Below are positions 24,270 to 38,051 of a DNA stretch of 64,000 nt, in pieces. The translations under genes and the position numbers were made by a program. The stretch is from contig NC_057755.1 of the NCBI RefSeq assembly GCF_004010195.1, positions 957,023-1,021,022 on the forward strand, read 5' to 3'. How positions within the stretch are numbered: the first letter of the stretch is position 1; each line of letters starts with the position of its first letter. This stretch comes from Chiloscyllium plagiosum. Lineage: Eukaryota. The notes below the pieces were generated by a model. The model had not been told where the DNA came from and made no database searches. It saw nothing but the letters and a program-made list of their open reading frames with translations.

Positions 24270-26775
24270 AGAATCATAAAGATGTATTACAAAGAAACAA
24301 AACCTTTCATCCAAATTGTCCATGCTGACCAGGTATCCTATATTAATCTAATCCCATTTTCCCCCATATCCTTCTAAGTATTTTCTATGAATTTACACAT
24401 CCAGATACCAATTAAATGTTTTAATTTCACAGGCCACTATCACTACGTCTGGCAGTTCATTCCAAACACATGCCACTCTTTGCGTGAAAAAAATGCCCCT
24501 TAGTTCCTTTTTAAATTTGTCTTCTCTCAACCTAAACCTCTGTACTCTAGTTTTGGACTCCCCAAACCCAGGAAAAGATCTTGTCTGCTTACCTTGTCAA
24601 TGCCCCTTATGATTTGATAAACCTTCGCAACGTTAACCCTCAGTCTTCGACTCTCCACAGAGAAAAGTCACAGCCTATTCAGCCTCTCCCTGTAGCTTAA
24701 ATGTCCCAACCCTGGCAATGTCCTTGTAAATCTTTTCTGAACCCTTCAGGTTTCAAGACATCCTTCCTTTTGGAGCGATAACATAATTGCACACAATATT
24801 GTTAAAGTGGCCTGATCAATGTCCTGTACAGGCATAACATGATCTCCCAATTCCAATACTCAAAGCTCTGACCAATAAAAGAATGTATACCAAACCATCT
24901 TCACCATCTCATCTTCCTGATACATCATTTTCAAGGAACTATGAACCTGCACTCCAAGGTCTCTTTGTTCTGCAATACTCTCCAGGACCTTACCATTAAC
25001 TATATATGTCCTGCTATGGTTTGCCTTTCCAAAATGCAGCACCTCATATTCATCTAAATTAAACTCTATCTACCACTACTCGACCAACTGTCCCAACTCA
25101 TCAATATCCAATTGTGCACTGAGGTAACCTTCTTCGCTATCCACTCCAACTCTAATTTTGGTGTCACCTACAAACTTACTTCGTGAATATATATGAATGA
25201 GGAAAATGTGTGGTTCCAGTTCTGATCCTTGTGACACACCACTGATCACAGGCCTCCAGTCTGAAAAGCAACCCTGAACCACTACCCTCTGCCTTCTACC
25301 TTGGAATAATTTCTGTCCCAAAGACTGGCTCTCGCTTCGTTCAATGCTGTCTAACCTTGCTAACTACTCTACCATTAGGAATCTGTTTGAACGGCTTCTT
25401 GAAGTGCTCATAGATCGCATCCACCGTTCTTCCCTCATCAATCCTCTTCGTAACTTCTTTAAAAAACACAATCAAGTTTGTGAGACATGATTACCCACGC
25501 ACAGAGGCGTATTGACTCTCCTTAATCCGTCCTTCCCTTTCCAGGTACATGTAAATCCTGTCCCTCATAATTCCGTCCAACAATTTGCCAATCACCGACG
25601 TCAGGGTCACCAATCCATAGTTATCCGGCTTTTCCTTACCACCTATCTTTAAGATTGGCACCACTAGAGCGAACATCCAGTCTTCCAGCACCTCACAAAT
25701 ATCTCAGCAAGGGTCCAGCAATCGCTTCCCTAGCTTCTTGGGTACATCTGATCAGATCCTGGGAATTTATCCACCTTTATACGTTTTTAGACTTCGAGCA
25801 TCGCCTCTTTTGTAACATGGACAGTTTTCCAGATGCCACCATTGATTTTCCCACAATCTGTATCTTCCGTGTCTTTCCCTCCACATATAGGCTGCCTTGC
25901 TGATCTTTGAGGAGACTAATTTTCTCCTTCGTTACGCTTTAGTCCATAATCCCATTGGTTCGTTCTTAACCTTATTTGCCAAAGCAATCTAGTGTCCACT
26001 TTTTGACCTCCTAATTTCCCTCTTAAGTGTTTTCCTACTGCCTTCATACACTTCTAAGTATTCACTCGATCTCTGCTGACTATACCTGACATATTTGTCT
26101 TTTTTTCTTACCAAAACCTGAATTTCCTTCGTCATCCAGTATTCCCTACACCTACCAGAATTGTATTTCACCTGAAGAGGAACATACTGTCTCTGGACTT
26201 TCATTGTCTCATTTTTCAAGGCTTCCCATTTTCCACCTGTCCCTTTACCTGAGAACATCATTCCTCAGTCAACGTTTGAAATTTCTTGCCAGGTACCATC
26301 AAAATTGGCTTTCCGGTACTTTAGAACTTCCACTTTTAGATCAGGTCGATCATTTTTCATTTATGTATTAAAACTAATAGAATAATCGTTGCTGGCCTCA
26401 AAGTGGTCCCGCACTCAAACCTCAGTCATTTTCACTGCCTTACTTCCTATGAGTAGGTCAAGGTTTGTACCTTCTCTTGTAGGTACATCCATATAATGAT
26501 GCAGAAAATTTTCTTGTACCCACTAAACAAATAACTCTCCAGCTAAACTCTTAACACCACGGACATCTGGGTGTACGTTTGGAAAGATAACATTCCGAAC
26601 CATTACTATTCTATTATTTTTACAGATAACTGAAATCTCCTTACAAAGCTTTTTCTAATATTCCACCTGACCATGGTGGGGTGGTCTGCAATACAATCCT
26701 CAAAAAGTAATCATCCCTTTGTTGTTTCTCAATTCAACTCAAATAACTTCCCCACATGTATTCCGGGGAATAGAG
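24270..26775 (-). mobile_element. Older CR1 LINE ORF2 fragment
   Basis: DWRPVISGVSQGS, EKPDNYGLVTLTS and KREIRRSKSGH in fragmented minus ORFs. 3' UTR at about 24270-24400. Confidence 0.85.
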
Positions 26776-27450
26776 TCAATAATATGGTGCTGGTAAAGCA
26801 CAACAGGTTAGGAAGCATCTGAGGAGCAGGAAAACCGACGTTTCTGGCAAGATACATTCATCGGGAATTGGCTGGGAACCCTGGGGTGTGGAAATATACA
26901 TTGGAGGCGGGTGGGGCTGGGAAATGGTAGCTGAGAGTGCGATAGGTAGGTAGAGGTGGGAGTAATAGGTCAGAGTGGAAGGTGGATCGGACAGGAGGGA
27001 AGGAAAAAGGGCAGGCAGGGTGGTTCTGAGGCTGGAATGGTTTAAGTTAGGGTTGGGATAATGAGGAAACTGGTTATATCCACATTGATGCAATGAGTTT
27101 GGAGATTCCTGAGGCAGAAGATGAGGCGTTCTTCCTCCATGCGTTGGGTGATAAGGGAGTGGCGATGTAGCAGGCCCAGGACCTGCATGTCCTCGGCAGA
27201 GTGGGAGGGGGAGTTAATATGTTCAGTCAAGGCGAGGTGGGGTTGGTTGATGCTGGTGTCCTGGAGATGTTCTCTGAAGCAATCCACGAATCGACATCCT
27301 GTCTCTCCAATGTAGAGGAGATTGTATCGGGAGCAACGGATGCAGCAAATGACATGTGTGGAAGTGGAAGTGCAATTTTGATGGATATGAAAGTCTCATT
27401 TAGGCTATTCGATGGAGGTAAGAGGGGAGGTGTGCACGCATGTTTTGCAA
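26776..27450 (-). mobile_element. Penelope-like element 3' end (GIY-YIG C-terminal region + pLTR)
   Basis: DCFREHL..HINSPSHSAEDMQVLGLLHRHS..EEERLIFCL..INVD. pLTR with a decayed hammerhead (CCGATGA..GAAACGTC) at about 26835-26866. Confidence 0.82.
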
Positions 27451-30183
27451 TTGAGGGTAGCGCTCTTGCAGCCACAATCTTTTCCGCCGTCCACATAGAA
27501 TTGCCGAGAATTGGCTTGTCATTATAATATGAATTGTTGCACTTGAGAAGATGTTATTATTTGACAGATAATGCTAATAGAGCTGAGAAAGTTTTGTTTC
27601 ATCATTATACATACAAACCATGATTGAAGCCCCCCTCTCTGTGATGATATTATGGGGATTGGTGAACTCATTAAATCCCTCATACTCTGTTTTGGAATGT
27701 GAACAATTCCTTGTCATGTTTAACAAATGTTCTAATTTTGCTTGTACATTAAGTCAACAAATAATGTAAAATGCAAAGAGAGAAATGTGACTTTTTAAAT
27801 ACATATTCTCCGCAATATCTGACTCAAATAGTTTTGGAATGTGTTTGTGATATTTTATGAATAAAGCACACAATGCAAAGCAAAACAAGCAGTTCACTAC
27901 TGCAATTACTGAATGTGACAGTTCCAATCCATTGCATATTAAAACATGCTATGATAAAAATCCTGTCTCACTGACTCTCTGTTGTGTTCTGATTATGTCA
28001 GGGACAATTAACATTTAAAGTGATAATCCGAACACTCAACAGTTCGGAGACATACAAGATTTCACAATCCTTCTTTTTTTTTAAAATAAAAATCGTTATT
28101 TTGTATTGACAAAAACTAAACAAGGTAAGCAATATTAACTTAATGAATTGATAAATTCTGAAGTTCTAAACTTAGTTAATATTATTCCTCCCCGTGTAAA
28201 GTTGCTTTATGCATTGTAAAAATTATCAAGCCACAGATACTTTTCATTGAACAGCTGGAAGGTATCCACTGCCCTCCGAAATTCAATTTAACATTCCACA
28301 ATATTTCAGTGTTGGAAATGCACAACACACCAACAGGGTATTTAATCCACCAAGCAAATTCACTTTAACACTCCTCAGTTTTTCTACAATTCCACAGAAA
28401 TGCACAGAAGTGATGGCACTGAAAGAGATCCTTCATGTCTGCATTAACTGAATAAAATATCAACCTGTTCTGATCCTACTTTCCTGCACCTGTTCCACAG
28501 CTTTGAAAGCTTCTACGTTTCATGTGTAGATCCAAGTTCACTTTAAATGAGTTAAGGTTGCTCAGCTCAATCTACCAGCAAACCTGGGCAGTGAATTCAG
28601 TCGTACCATCATGCTCTGAATGAAATGGTCGGCCTCATGACCTTGATAACCCTCCCATCATATTTTCTCTCTCTGTGTCTCCAGGTAAGTGGTTCTGCGT
28701 TCCGGAGACAGGTCTCCATTCAAGACCCTCCTTATTTTGTGCATCACAATCACGTCAAATATCATTCGCCTCTGAAAATGACACTACCCTATCCATCTTT
28801 CCACAATAATGCAGTAATTTTTCACATGTCGGCACCATTGTTGTAAATTTCATCGATACACTCCTCACTGCAATTCTGTCCACACTGTTAGCTGATGACC
28901 AGTACTGTGCACAAAGCCACAGCTGTGAGCCACACATTGATTCATGTAGTTCCAGCATTACAGGTCTGGTCTGGTATTTGTTGCGGGAATTTGTGTTGTA
29001 TTGTCTGTAGAGAGTAGGAACTTTGGGATGGATAATATGGAATTACATCCAAGTATGGATGTCTGATCAGGGTCTGGCGCATATGATGAATCTGGACTGG
29101 TATAGTTGGGATGCAATCTATTTGACGAATGGGGTTAGTTTATCAGTTCCTCAGGAGTTATTGGAAGTGTTAAATAGCATCATTTCTGTTCGATACCAGC
29201 TGCTAAATTACAGAATAAGTCAGATCCTGAACAGAAAACCAGCTTGATGGATCATAACCTTATTTATTTTATTTCAATGACTTGTGACTGCGACTTCTAA
29301 ACTAGAACTGCAATAAATTTCTTCCTGGAGCTACCACACACCTGACTGTCAATATACTGACAATGAAACAATCTCCACATTGTTTTTTTTTTTCTTGACC
29401 CAACACTTCTTTCTGAGACCAAATCAACATTTTCATTCTAAGGCAATGTAATTGATGCAAACGCGCATTAACTTCGCATGAGCACAGATCTACACGTTCA
29501 CTCAGTTCCAGGGTCTTCCAGGATTAAAAAAAAACAAAAATGATTGAAGTGAAAATAAAGCTTTCACTGTTAAGAGTTTCTTCTTTAATCGCAAATTCCA
29601 GAAGTCTCCAACTAAACTTTCAGGTTCCATTGATAACAAGCTGGGTTTCAAACATCAAAATTAAACAAAGGCTTACTCGTGCACAGCGCATTCAGTCCGT
29701 AGCCAAACCTCAAACGCAATTCTTACAATAAATTTCCGTGATTACAGAAATAACTCTAAGTTAACCATTAACGTCAGATGCCAGAGAAGCCCACTGCTTA
29801 TTCACTCAAAAAACAGAACCAAACTCAAGCTAAAGGATTTCGCACTCTCGACATAAAGTGCCACCGCTTATATTTTTCCAAAGTCAATCCTTGTCTTAAT
29901 TCCACCAAAATTATCCGTAGTCTGCGATTGAAATGGAAATGTCTCGACGGTTCCCAGAAGAGATGAATCATTTCCCAGACAATTCCTGTGAAATCTGTGA
30001 TGATGGGGTTTCCCTGGGGTGTCTGTCACCTGAGACATCCCGTGGAAACCCCGTCATCACTGATCGTCTACCACTGTGTGACTTTTGGGCACAACATGCG
30101 CATGTATCATTGTCAGTGGCAGAGTGAACCCGCAGAGAATCCTCAGACAGATTCGCACAAATTCAATGGTACAAGGCACTTAC

Positions 30184-30249
30184 CAGGAATTGTGAGAATC
30201 GGAAGGGTCGTGTAAAAAATATCCGCACATGATGAATTCAGAATGTCAT
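30184..30249 (-). pseudogene. GPR139-like GPCR copy 2, exon 1 (disabled)
   Basis: ATG ACA TTC TGA ... ending IFYTTLPILTIP-G|GTAAGT. It is 66 nt against 67 nt in the paralogs (1-nt deletion) and has a stop at codon 4. Implied intron 19682-30183. Confidence 0.75.
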
Positions 30250-30519
30250 TTTTTGCCCGAATCTCTTTGTGCAGGCAATCTCTCTGTACTCAATGCCGAG
30301 GTGATACAATCTCAAAGCCTTTAAATTATACCTACTGACATCGCCTGGAGGACTGTTACATTACAATGTCGTTCAACTGATTTATTTAAGATTTTGAACA
30401 AACAGGTGACAGCAGTAAGTTAACTCCCAGCAGTTGCACAGTATTTTTAGAACTTAGGATCATTGGATGATATAAATCTCAATCGATCAATAGCAAATTT
30501 GAAAAACACATTTAGAATA

Positions 30520-30660
30520 AAATCATAGAATCCTTACAAATGTGAAAGGAAGTGAATGGGCCCATCGAGTCCACGCCGACCCTGCAAAGAGTATCGGACC
30601 CAGACTCACCCGTTGGCCCTGTGAGGCGGCAGGGCTAACCACTGAGCCACTGTGCCACCC
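30520..30660 (-). mobile_element. HE1-like tRNA-derived SINE with internal deletion
   Basis: Head gggtggcacagtggctcagtggttagc (A-box) is joined directly to the CR1-like tail gtctggg..gtcggcgtggactcgatgggcc. The same deleted form occurs at 49333-49460. Confidence 0.75.
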
Positions 30661-31929
30661 TAAATAACACCCCAACACCATGTATCCTTCACTGAAATCG
30701 CATTTTATTTCAGTATCATCCTTCCCTTGCCTTTGACCGTTTGGAAATTAAATTCCAGTTGTTAAGTGTCTTTCTGAGAAACGTTATTCTCAACACTGGG
30801 ATATGGCTCTCCTGGTTATCAGTGGCTGTTCTGTGAAGCGATGATAGTTGGTGAATGGAGATGACGCATTGCAGGTTTTAATAAATCCAACATAGCAACA
30901 GAATTTCTGAACTTGTATGGATACAGCTTCTGAATTTAATATAAATTCTCCAATTCAGGCAATAGTTTAACAAAGTAAAAGACTGAAAAATACCCTCAAA
31001 GGTTACATAAGCTCAACTCATTACAGATCCTGCTACCAGTGCCCTGGATATGTTTCAGAGCTGACTCTAACACACACACGATCGGGACAGCACCACATGG
31101 GGATGAATTATTCTCTGTTCCCTGCAGTGTCCTGCACATGTACGCAGTAGAAATTTGAAACATCGGACTGATGATGGGCTGGAACAGTTTGAAGCGATGG
31201 GGTGGAAGGATACCATGGAGGGATTTGCATACACAAAATGCAAAAATGTCAAATTCTGGAAACGTTCGAACGGGAGTCATTGCTTTCAATGAGGTCTGTT
31301 GTGATGGGGGAAAGGGACTTTGTGTGAGGAATAATAAAGGACAGAAAATAGAGAGCAGGAATACATTAGTCATATTCATGTTTACAGGCTAACATTACTC
31401 ACTGCCACAAGTACCATTTCTCCAGACACAACCATTTACAAATCTGTGAATGACTGAGATAATGGGATCATGTGTGACGTTTGTTGATAGCGCAGTGTTA
31501 GGTGGGATAGTAAAAGAGAAGGACGATCTAGGAACGCTGTGAAAGGGGGATAGGTTCAGTGAGTGAATGAATACAACATAGTCTGTGCAATATGATGCAG
31601 ATAAATGTGAGGCATTCTTCATTCATTTCAGTCTTGGAAAGATTTCAGGCCATCTATAAATTTTTAGAATGCTATCCTCATCCTAAATCAAGAAGGAACA
31701 AGAAGCCTTTCAGTCCATTCAGTGCCAACAGATTGCATTATACTCTTGAAAACCTTACTCATCTCAGACCCTTATCGGTTTGAGGATTTCAATTCTGGTT
31801 TGCGTCATTTCACTCCCTAATCATTGAAATCATTGATAATCAGCTATCATTCTGTCAATCAATGCTGCACTCAAATAGAAATGGACTCCCAACTCCCCAG
31901 TCTTTTTGTTTTGTTTTTCTCTATTTATA

Positions 31930-32465
31930 AAGTAAGTTTGTTACTGTGTTAAAATCAAACAGCAGCAGCTCGAAGGGCGCATGATTGGACCAGGGGCCTG
32001 CCGGGAGCGGTGAGTTCCTGATTTGAACCTTTAAAATCTTTCCTCGAACGCGGGAGTCCTCCGTTTCTTTTATTTCAGTAGCAGCAGCTTGAAGGATAGG
32101 AGCTTGGACCAGGGAGCTGCGGGAGCGGTGAGTCACTGATTCAACCTTTATATTTGAAATCACAGAGCAGAAGTTTCTGGGAAAGGAGGGATTTTTTTTT
32201 TAATTTCCCTCCAGCTATATAAGTCAGTGTTGTCTAAAACCGAGACTCTACTTTGTAGGACCTCCTACCCAACCACTTCCTCTAACCTTAAAAACCAGGG
32301 GCACATCTGGTATTCTTCTCTTCGTCTTTACTTTGTGGTAAGGGGACTAGCAGGGATGGCAGTTCAGGGAGAGGAATGCTCTCCTGCATGATGTTTGAGG
32401 TGAGGGACGCCATTAGTGTCCCATCCAAGTACATCTGCAGGAAGTGCACTCAACTCTTGCTCCCT
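31930..32465 (+). mobile_element. CR1 5' UTR and ORF1 N-terminal zinc-finger fragment (3'-truncated)
   Basis: Repeated gggagcggtgagt in the 5' UTR. ATG at about 32356 gives MAVQGEEC(fs)SCMMFEVRDAISVPSKYICRKCTQL (CxxC..CxxC). Confidence 0.72.
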
Positions 32466-32995
32466 GAATGGATCAGGTGAGACTGTACAAATTAGGCCTT
32501 GATTCTCTGTAACTAGGAGAAAGGGTGCCTTAGGATAAACTATTTCCACTGTTTTGGGTTTAGAGCACAAAGGAAATAGTCTGAAAAGTAGTGCTAATGT
32601 GTTCAGGAGAGATGTTCGGAAGAACTTCCAAGCAAAAAGGGTGGTGGATGTTGGTACAATGAAACAGCAGCATCAATCAGTTCTTAATGGGATCAGGAGA
32701 TTCCAGTTCTCTTCGGGGTTAGGTGAGAATGTCTCGTTTCCTGGCAGTAAGATGTTTCCCTTGTTGATCTCCCGTGAGTGAGGTATTCAGGTGTCGCTCA
32801 ATCTGACCTGTTATTTGTGTAGTTTTGGTATCACTGGGGTTCGAGACTGCCCTTAGAGCTTTGGAACAGCTGTGTTTATCGGGTCCAGGAAGCTTATTGT
32901 CAGCTTGTCTTGGGAAGTGAACTGTTGGTTTCCCTTGGTCAATGCTGAGGCATTCTGGGTGTTCCTTGTATGTTTTCTGTGTTCTGATTAGATTA

Positions 32996-33470
32996 GATTA
33001 GAAGATAGCTGGGAATGCAATAGATAGAAGAAGGTGGGGGTGGTGGTGTTAGGGTGGAGAAGAGGGTGGGGCAGATAGGTGGGAACGAAGATGGACAGGT
33101 AGGACCGTTCAAGAGTGGGGTGCCGAGTTGGGAGCTTGGTACTGAGTTAAGATGGGAGCAGCTAATTGGGAAAAATGTTGAAGCAAGCTGCCAATGCTGT
33201 CTTATGTACGAGGATGATGGTGGTGTTCTTGACTTTGGCCTGCTGGAGGGAGAATTTGTAGATCTTTCTGACACCTCAACCAGTTGTTCTGTACAAGATG
33301 TAAGTGCAAGGTCAGGACTCTTCGGAACTCTGGGCTTCAGATTATACTGGATATGGGACTTTTGTCCGAAACATCTATTTTTCTGCTCCTCGGATGCTGC
33401 CTGACCTGCTGTGCTTTTCCAGCACCACACTCATCTAAAGTCTTGTTTCCAGCATCTGCAGTTTTCACTC
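32996..33470. mobile_element. Penelope-like fragments
   Basis: Minus-strand 3' region at 32996-33160 resembles 26920-27070. Plus-strand pLTR ctgctcctcggatgctgcctgacctgctgtgcttttccagcaccac..ccagcatctgcag at 33360-33470. Confidence 0.65.
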
Positions 33471-33474
33471 TTTC

Positions 33475-33745
33475 CGCTTAGGAAAACTGTTCTGATGTGT
33501 ATCATGGTGACTGAAGGAATCATCGTGTCCGGGGCAGATGGGGCAGGCGCCACAGCACCACTGGCATTCTGCTCAAACTGATGATAAAACATATTGGCAT
33601 CAAAGAGCGATGTGACTTCGTTTGCGATTTTGCTTTGCTTTATTTTATATCCCACAATGTTGTTTCAGCCCTGCCACAAATAACAAGTTTCTGTTTGGAA
33701 GGTTTCAGCCTCTAACTTGATCCGCTACTGCCTTTTGGCATCCAT
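33475..33745 (-). mobile_element. Rex1/Babar fragment (paralog of 14200-14500)
   Basis: GYKIKQSKIA..NMFYHQFEQNASGAVAPAPSAPDT aligns with EYKLKQSKLA..RFEQNARGAVTSAP. Confidence 0.7.
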
Positions 33746-34699
33746 CATGGTCAGATCATGATTTCCTGTTTTGGTCTGGGTATTCCAACTTGAATCTTGC
33801 AGGTTTGGTCTTCAGCAGGGAGTGCACTTCCTGCTTCATCCAAGGTCTACATTCGAGGCACACTCAGATTGACTTCTTTGGTACGCTTTCCTCCACATAT
33901 TTGCTACGTACACGTTGGCAATACTCTACTCGTCTTGGAGCTCGGCGAGGTACTTTCACGCGGTCCAATCCACCGACTCCAAGCAGTCTTTCCCAGCCTT
34001 GGAACAGCATTATACTTCCTTTTTTGAAGGGTCCTAATTTCTCAACTTCTGCTTGTAAGCTGTTTCAAGACGGTAGAAAAGTTGAGGAGCAGATGACACA
34101 AACTCTGAATGAAGGAACGACCTTTTAAATAGAGATGAAGATGAATTCCTCCATCCAAAGGGTGATTAATGTATGGAAATCATTGCCACAAAGGGTTGGG
34201 GGGGGTGGGGGGGCAGGCCATCGAGTGCACTGAAGACAGCGATCTATCGGATTGGTAATGTTATTAAAGAGTGCAGGGAGCAGACAGCAGAATGGGATTG
34301 AGAAACAGATCCTTCATGATGAAATAGCAGAGCTGACACAATGGAACGAATGGGCTAATTCTGCTTCTCCATTGGTTGGTCTTACGATCCAAGACATAAC
34401 TATATTTGTATGTGAACAAATACAGCTCCAACATGAAATAATATGTTAATATATGGCCTTGGTTCAACAATGCCCAAAAGAGTTGGTGTCCTGCTTTTAA
34501 CTGCATATTCTCCTGTCCTGTTTAGTTTGTACGACTTAAGTCTTTGAACTGAAGTAACATTGAAGCTTACTGGGTTTTTGGGATAGAGTTACTGATATCT
34601 AGATACTTTCCAGCTTCCAGAAATACTCCATTGGGAGCAATCTGTGCACCATGACCTGCATCAGGATTCACTTTTTTTTTCATGAGAGTGAGTCTCGTA

Positions 34700-36760
34700 A
34701 TGATGCAGAGACAATACCAAACGCAGAGGGGTACAGAAATATACCCACACCCTCACACACGCCTAAGACTGACAGAGAAATACACTTACACAAAGAAATG
34801 CAGTCAAAGTGAGATATGGGAACACACTCTCAAACCGAAGTAGAAACCCACCCGAATACACATACATGCGTGTGCATACAGAAACACACACGCACAAACA
34901 CAGGAGAACTGAAATGTGGGAATATATCTAAATACTGACGCAGAAACATACCCACTCTTTCACAAACCATACATTCGATTACAATCAGACTGCAGTGTGG
35001 GAACATACCTACATACTGACACATTAAAATGCACCTGCAGCGTAGCACAGTCACAGAAAGGCCGACATACTGAGAAATACATGAACACATCTATGTACAG
35101 CCCGAATGCACAAGCATCCACACGCACAGTAATGCAGTCATACTGTCATATAGGAACAAATCTATTTTCATACTAAAACCAATCATGTTGAGATTTCGGA
35201 GCATATCTATCTGCAGACACGGAATCACACCCACATCCTCACAGACAGACAGAAATGACCACATACTGAGAGACGGTACACACCAAACTCCAAGCAATTA
35301 CAGAAACATTCTTCTACACATGCACTTGCACATTCAAACACAGTTAGAGAACACAAACACAATTATGGAAAGCGATAGAGTGACACTGATTGCAAACACA
35401 GAGACACACTAAAGTAGAGGCACAGGCAGATCCTATAGGGGGGATAGGAAAAATTCGACACGCAGACAGACAACCAAACACAGTCTCAGGAACACACTCA
35501 CCTGCTTAAACGGGGCACAGCCTGCACTTCCAAAATAATGCACCGACACACACTCATCGAGTCACAGAAACATATTGACTTCAGACAGTAATACACACAT
35601 ACAACACACGCACACTCGCGCACACACACTCACACAGTCATAGCAATGCAACCACAGAAACAGCATTCACAAAGGACAAACACAACAGGTGTATATCTGC
35701 AAAACGCACAGGTAAAATCACACAGGCACAGTAACATACACCACATAAAAACAGTCACCTTCACGCAAATAGTCTTATACAGAATGAATGACATAGGATA
35801 AAGTGAGGACTGCAATTGCTGGAGATCAGAGATGGGCCGGTGGTGCTGGAAAAGCAGAGCCAATCAGGCAGCATCCAATGAGCAGGAGAATCGACATTGC
35901 GGTTATAAGCCCTTCATCAGGAATGACGCTTATGGGCCAAGGTGGCTGAGAAATAAATGGGATGGAGAGGGGCTAGGCGGAAGGTAACTGTGACTCCATC
36001 CAAAATGGATGGAGGTTAGGGGGAGGGGTGGGCACAGGCCTTGTACTTCTTGTGGTGGCGGGGAAGTGGAGCTAATAAGGGAGTCAGGGAGCAAATGATC
36101 TCTCCGAAACTCAGATGGAGGCGGGTTGGAAAATATATCTCTGATGGTGGGTGTTTGAAGGTGATGGAACTGGCGGAGGATAATGCAGTGTATCCTGAGG
36201 TTGGTGGGGTGGAAGGTGAGGACCAAGGGAGTTCTGTCCTTATTTTGGTTGGAGGGATAGGGTTCAAGGGCGGAGGCGTGGGAAGTGGAGGAAATGTGCT
36301 GAAGGACAATGTCTACCACGTGGGAGGGGAAAGTGTCGTCTTTGAAGAAGGAGGCCTACTGGGATGTTCTATGGTGGAATTGGTCCTCCTCGGAGCACAT
36401 GCAGCAGAGACAGAGGAATTGGGAATATGGGATAGCATTTTTACCAAAGGCAGGGTGGGAGGAGGTATAGTTCGGGTAGCTGTGTGAGTCATACCAAAAT
36501 AGACAAACACCGTAATATATAGTCACTAAAAAAGTTCCCAACACAAAGAGAGGGAAATGCGCACAAAGATGCATAAACACACTCATAATGTATCACACCC
36601 AGGGACAATTCCAAAAACAAAAACTGATGGACACTCACACACAGAGTGACATCCGCACAAATGCAATGAATCTCCCTCACATAGCGGCACACAGAGGCCT
36701 TCACACACTGAAAGGGAAACACATGAACACACCTCCCTCACAGCCAAAGGAAGTGAGAGA
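34700..36760. repeat. CA-rich low-complexity block (third copy), interrupted by a Penelope element
   Basis: Alignable to 16490-17920 (e.g. aaagtgagatatgggaa, aactgaaatgtgggaa, cacactgaaagggaaac). Confidence 0.75.
35800..36490 (-). mobile_element. Penelope-like element (RT thumb/linker + pLTR, internally deleted)
   Basis: DSHSYPNYTSSHPAFGKNAIPYSQFL..EEDQFHHRTSQ and NKDRTPLVLTFHPTNLRIH. pLTR with mutated hammerhead CTGATGA..GCAA at about 35890-35925. Confidence 0.85.
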
Positions 36761-37614
36761 GGAAGATGTTCAAAGTTCAGGAAATGGTGGGAGACATAAC
36801 TATCATTTATATATTCATACAGTGGAATACAGAGGATCGAATGCAGATAAATATATGGTTAAGTAAAGAATAATATTATGGCACTAATTACAGATGAACA
36901 GGAAGAGGATGAAATACAGGATCGTTCATAGCGAGGACTGAATACAGATAACGGCTTAAATGCAGAGTAACAGGGAGAAGCTTCAATAAAGAGAGCGAGA
37001 AGGTGAAACACACAATAATTGAGAGAGAAGTAAACACTATGGAAAAGTATGGGTTTCATGCAAGAAAACAGCGATATAATTAAATGCAGATCAACAGGGG
37101 GAGGTTTGCTCACAGGGAAAGATAAACGCTTAAATGCAGGGAAAGACAGTGCCACACATTTAGGGCAATAGAGATGATTAAATGCAAGGTAATAGAGATT
37201 ATTTCCAGCTTTAATCAATTTGGGTGGGAGGGAGTGATGGGCAGTACCCTCTTTTCAAAATTCCAAACATCAACATTGAGCCTTGTCTCTCACCGCGTCC
37301 ATCCCCACAAATTATTGCCTCCAATTTGCATTGCCTCCCACAAACAGCTCTCTCCACCCCACTGACTACTCCCTCATTCGCATTCCAGTTGTCATTACAC
37401 ATCATACAACCCCACTCCTCACACCTTCGCGTTCCCTCCTGCCTTCGCTTTTCCATGTAGAACAGTGTGGACAGACGTAAATCCATTCTGATATTCTTAT
37501 GCTCACGAGTAGAATTGATCGGCCTTCTGCTGTTCCACGGTACCATCTCAGAATTAACTAAATTACATCCTCCATTTCCTCTGTACATTTCTCAAGAAGG
37601 GTTTTAATATTCAG

Positions 37615-37910
37615 TCAGAGGATGAGCACGATGCTGGTCAGCGCCAGTGTTTATTGCCCATCTCGAAAGGCCCAGAGGGCTGTTAAGTGGCAACCACATT
37701 ACTGTAGATCTGGATTCACGTGTAGTCCTGACCAGGTAAGGATCCTGTTTCCCTCTCGAAACGGCATGAGAAAAGGCAAACAGCTAAGGTTCATCATTAG
37801 ACTCTTAAATTCTGTACATAGATTGAAATCATATATAGCCATCAGCCACGGTGGGATTTGAAACCAGCTCCACAGAACATGACTTGGTTGCCTGGATTAA
37901 CAGTCCATCA
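37615..37910 (-). mobile_element. Deu/SacSINE-like tRNA-derived SINE (decayed)
   Basis: B-box-like ggtttcaaatcccacc on minus. Core ttattgcccat..caaccacatt..accaggtaaggat. A related fragment lies at 40490-40720. Confidence 0.6.
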
Positions 37911-38051
37911 CAAATTCCCCTTTCTCAATGCCCACCTCCTGTGTGGAAGGCTGGGGAAGGGGCTGCTTATAAACCGAATGAACTGTGGAAGCTCTAAATC
38001 AGAAACAAAAACACAAATTCTAGGAAGCACTCAGCCAGTCTGGCAGCACTT

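Noticed and set aside
30996..31622. Conserved protein suggested by similar ORFs at 48394-49013
   Set aside because: The similarity comes from the inverted duplication; frames are not preserved between copies and no domain is recognisable.
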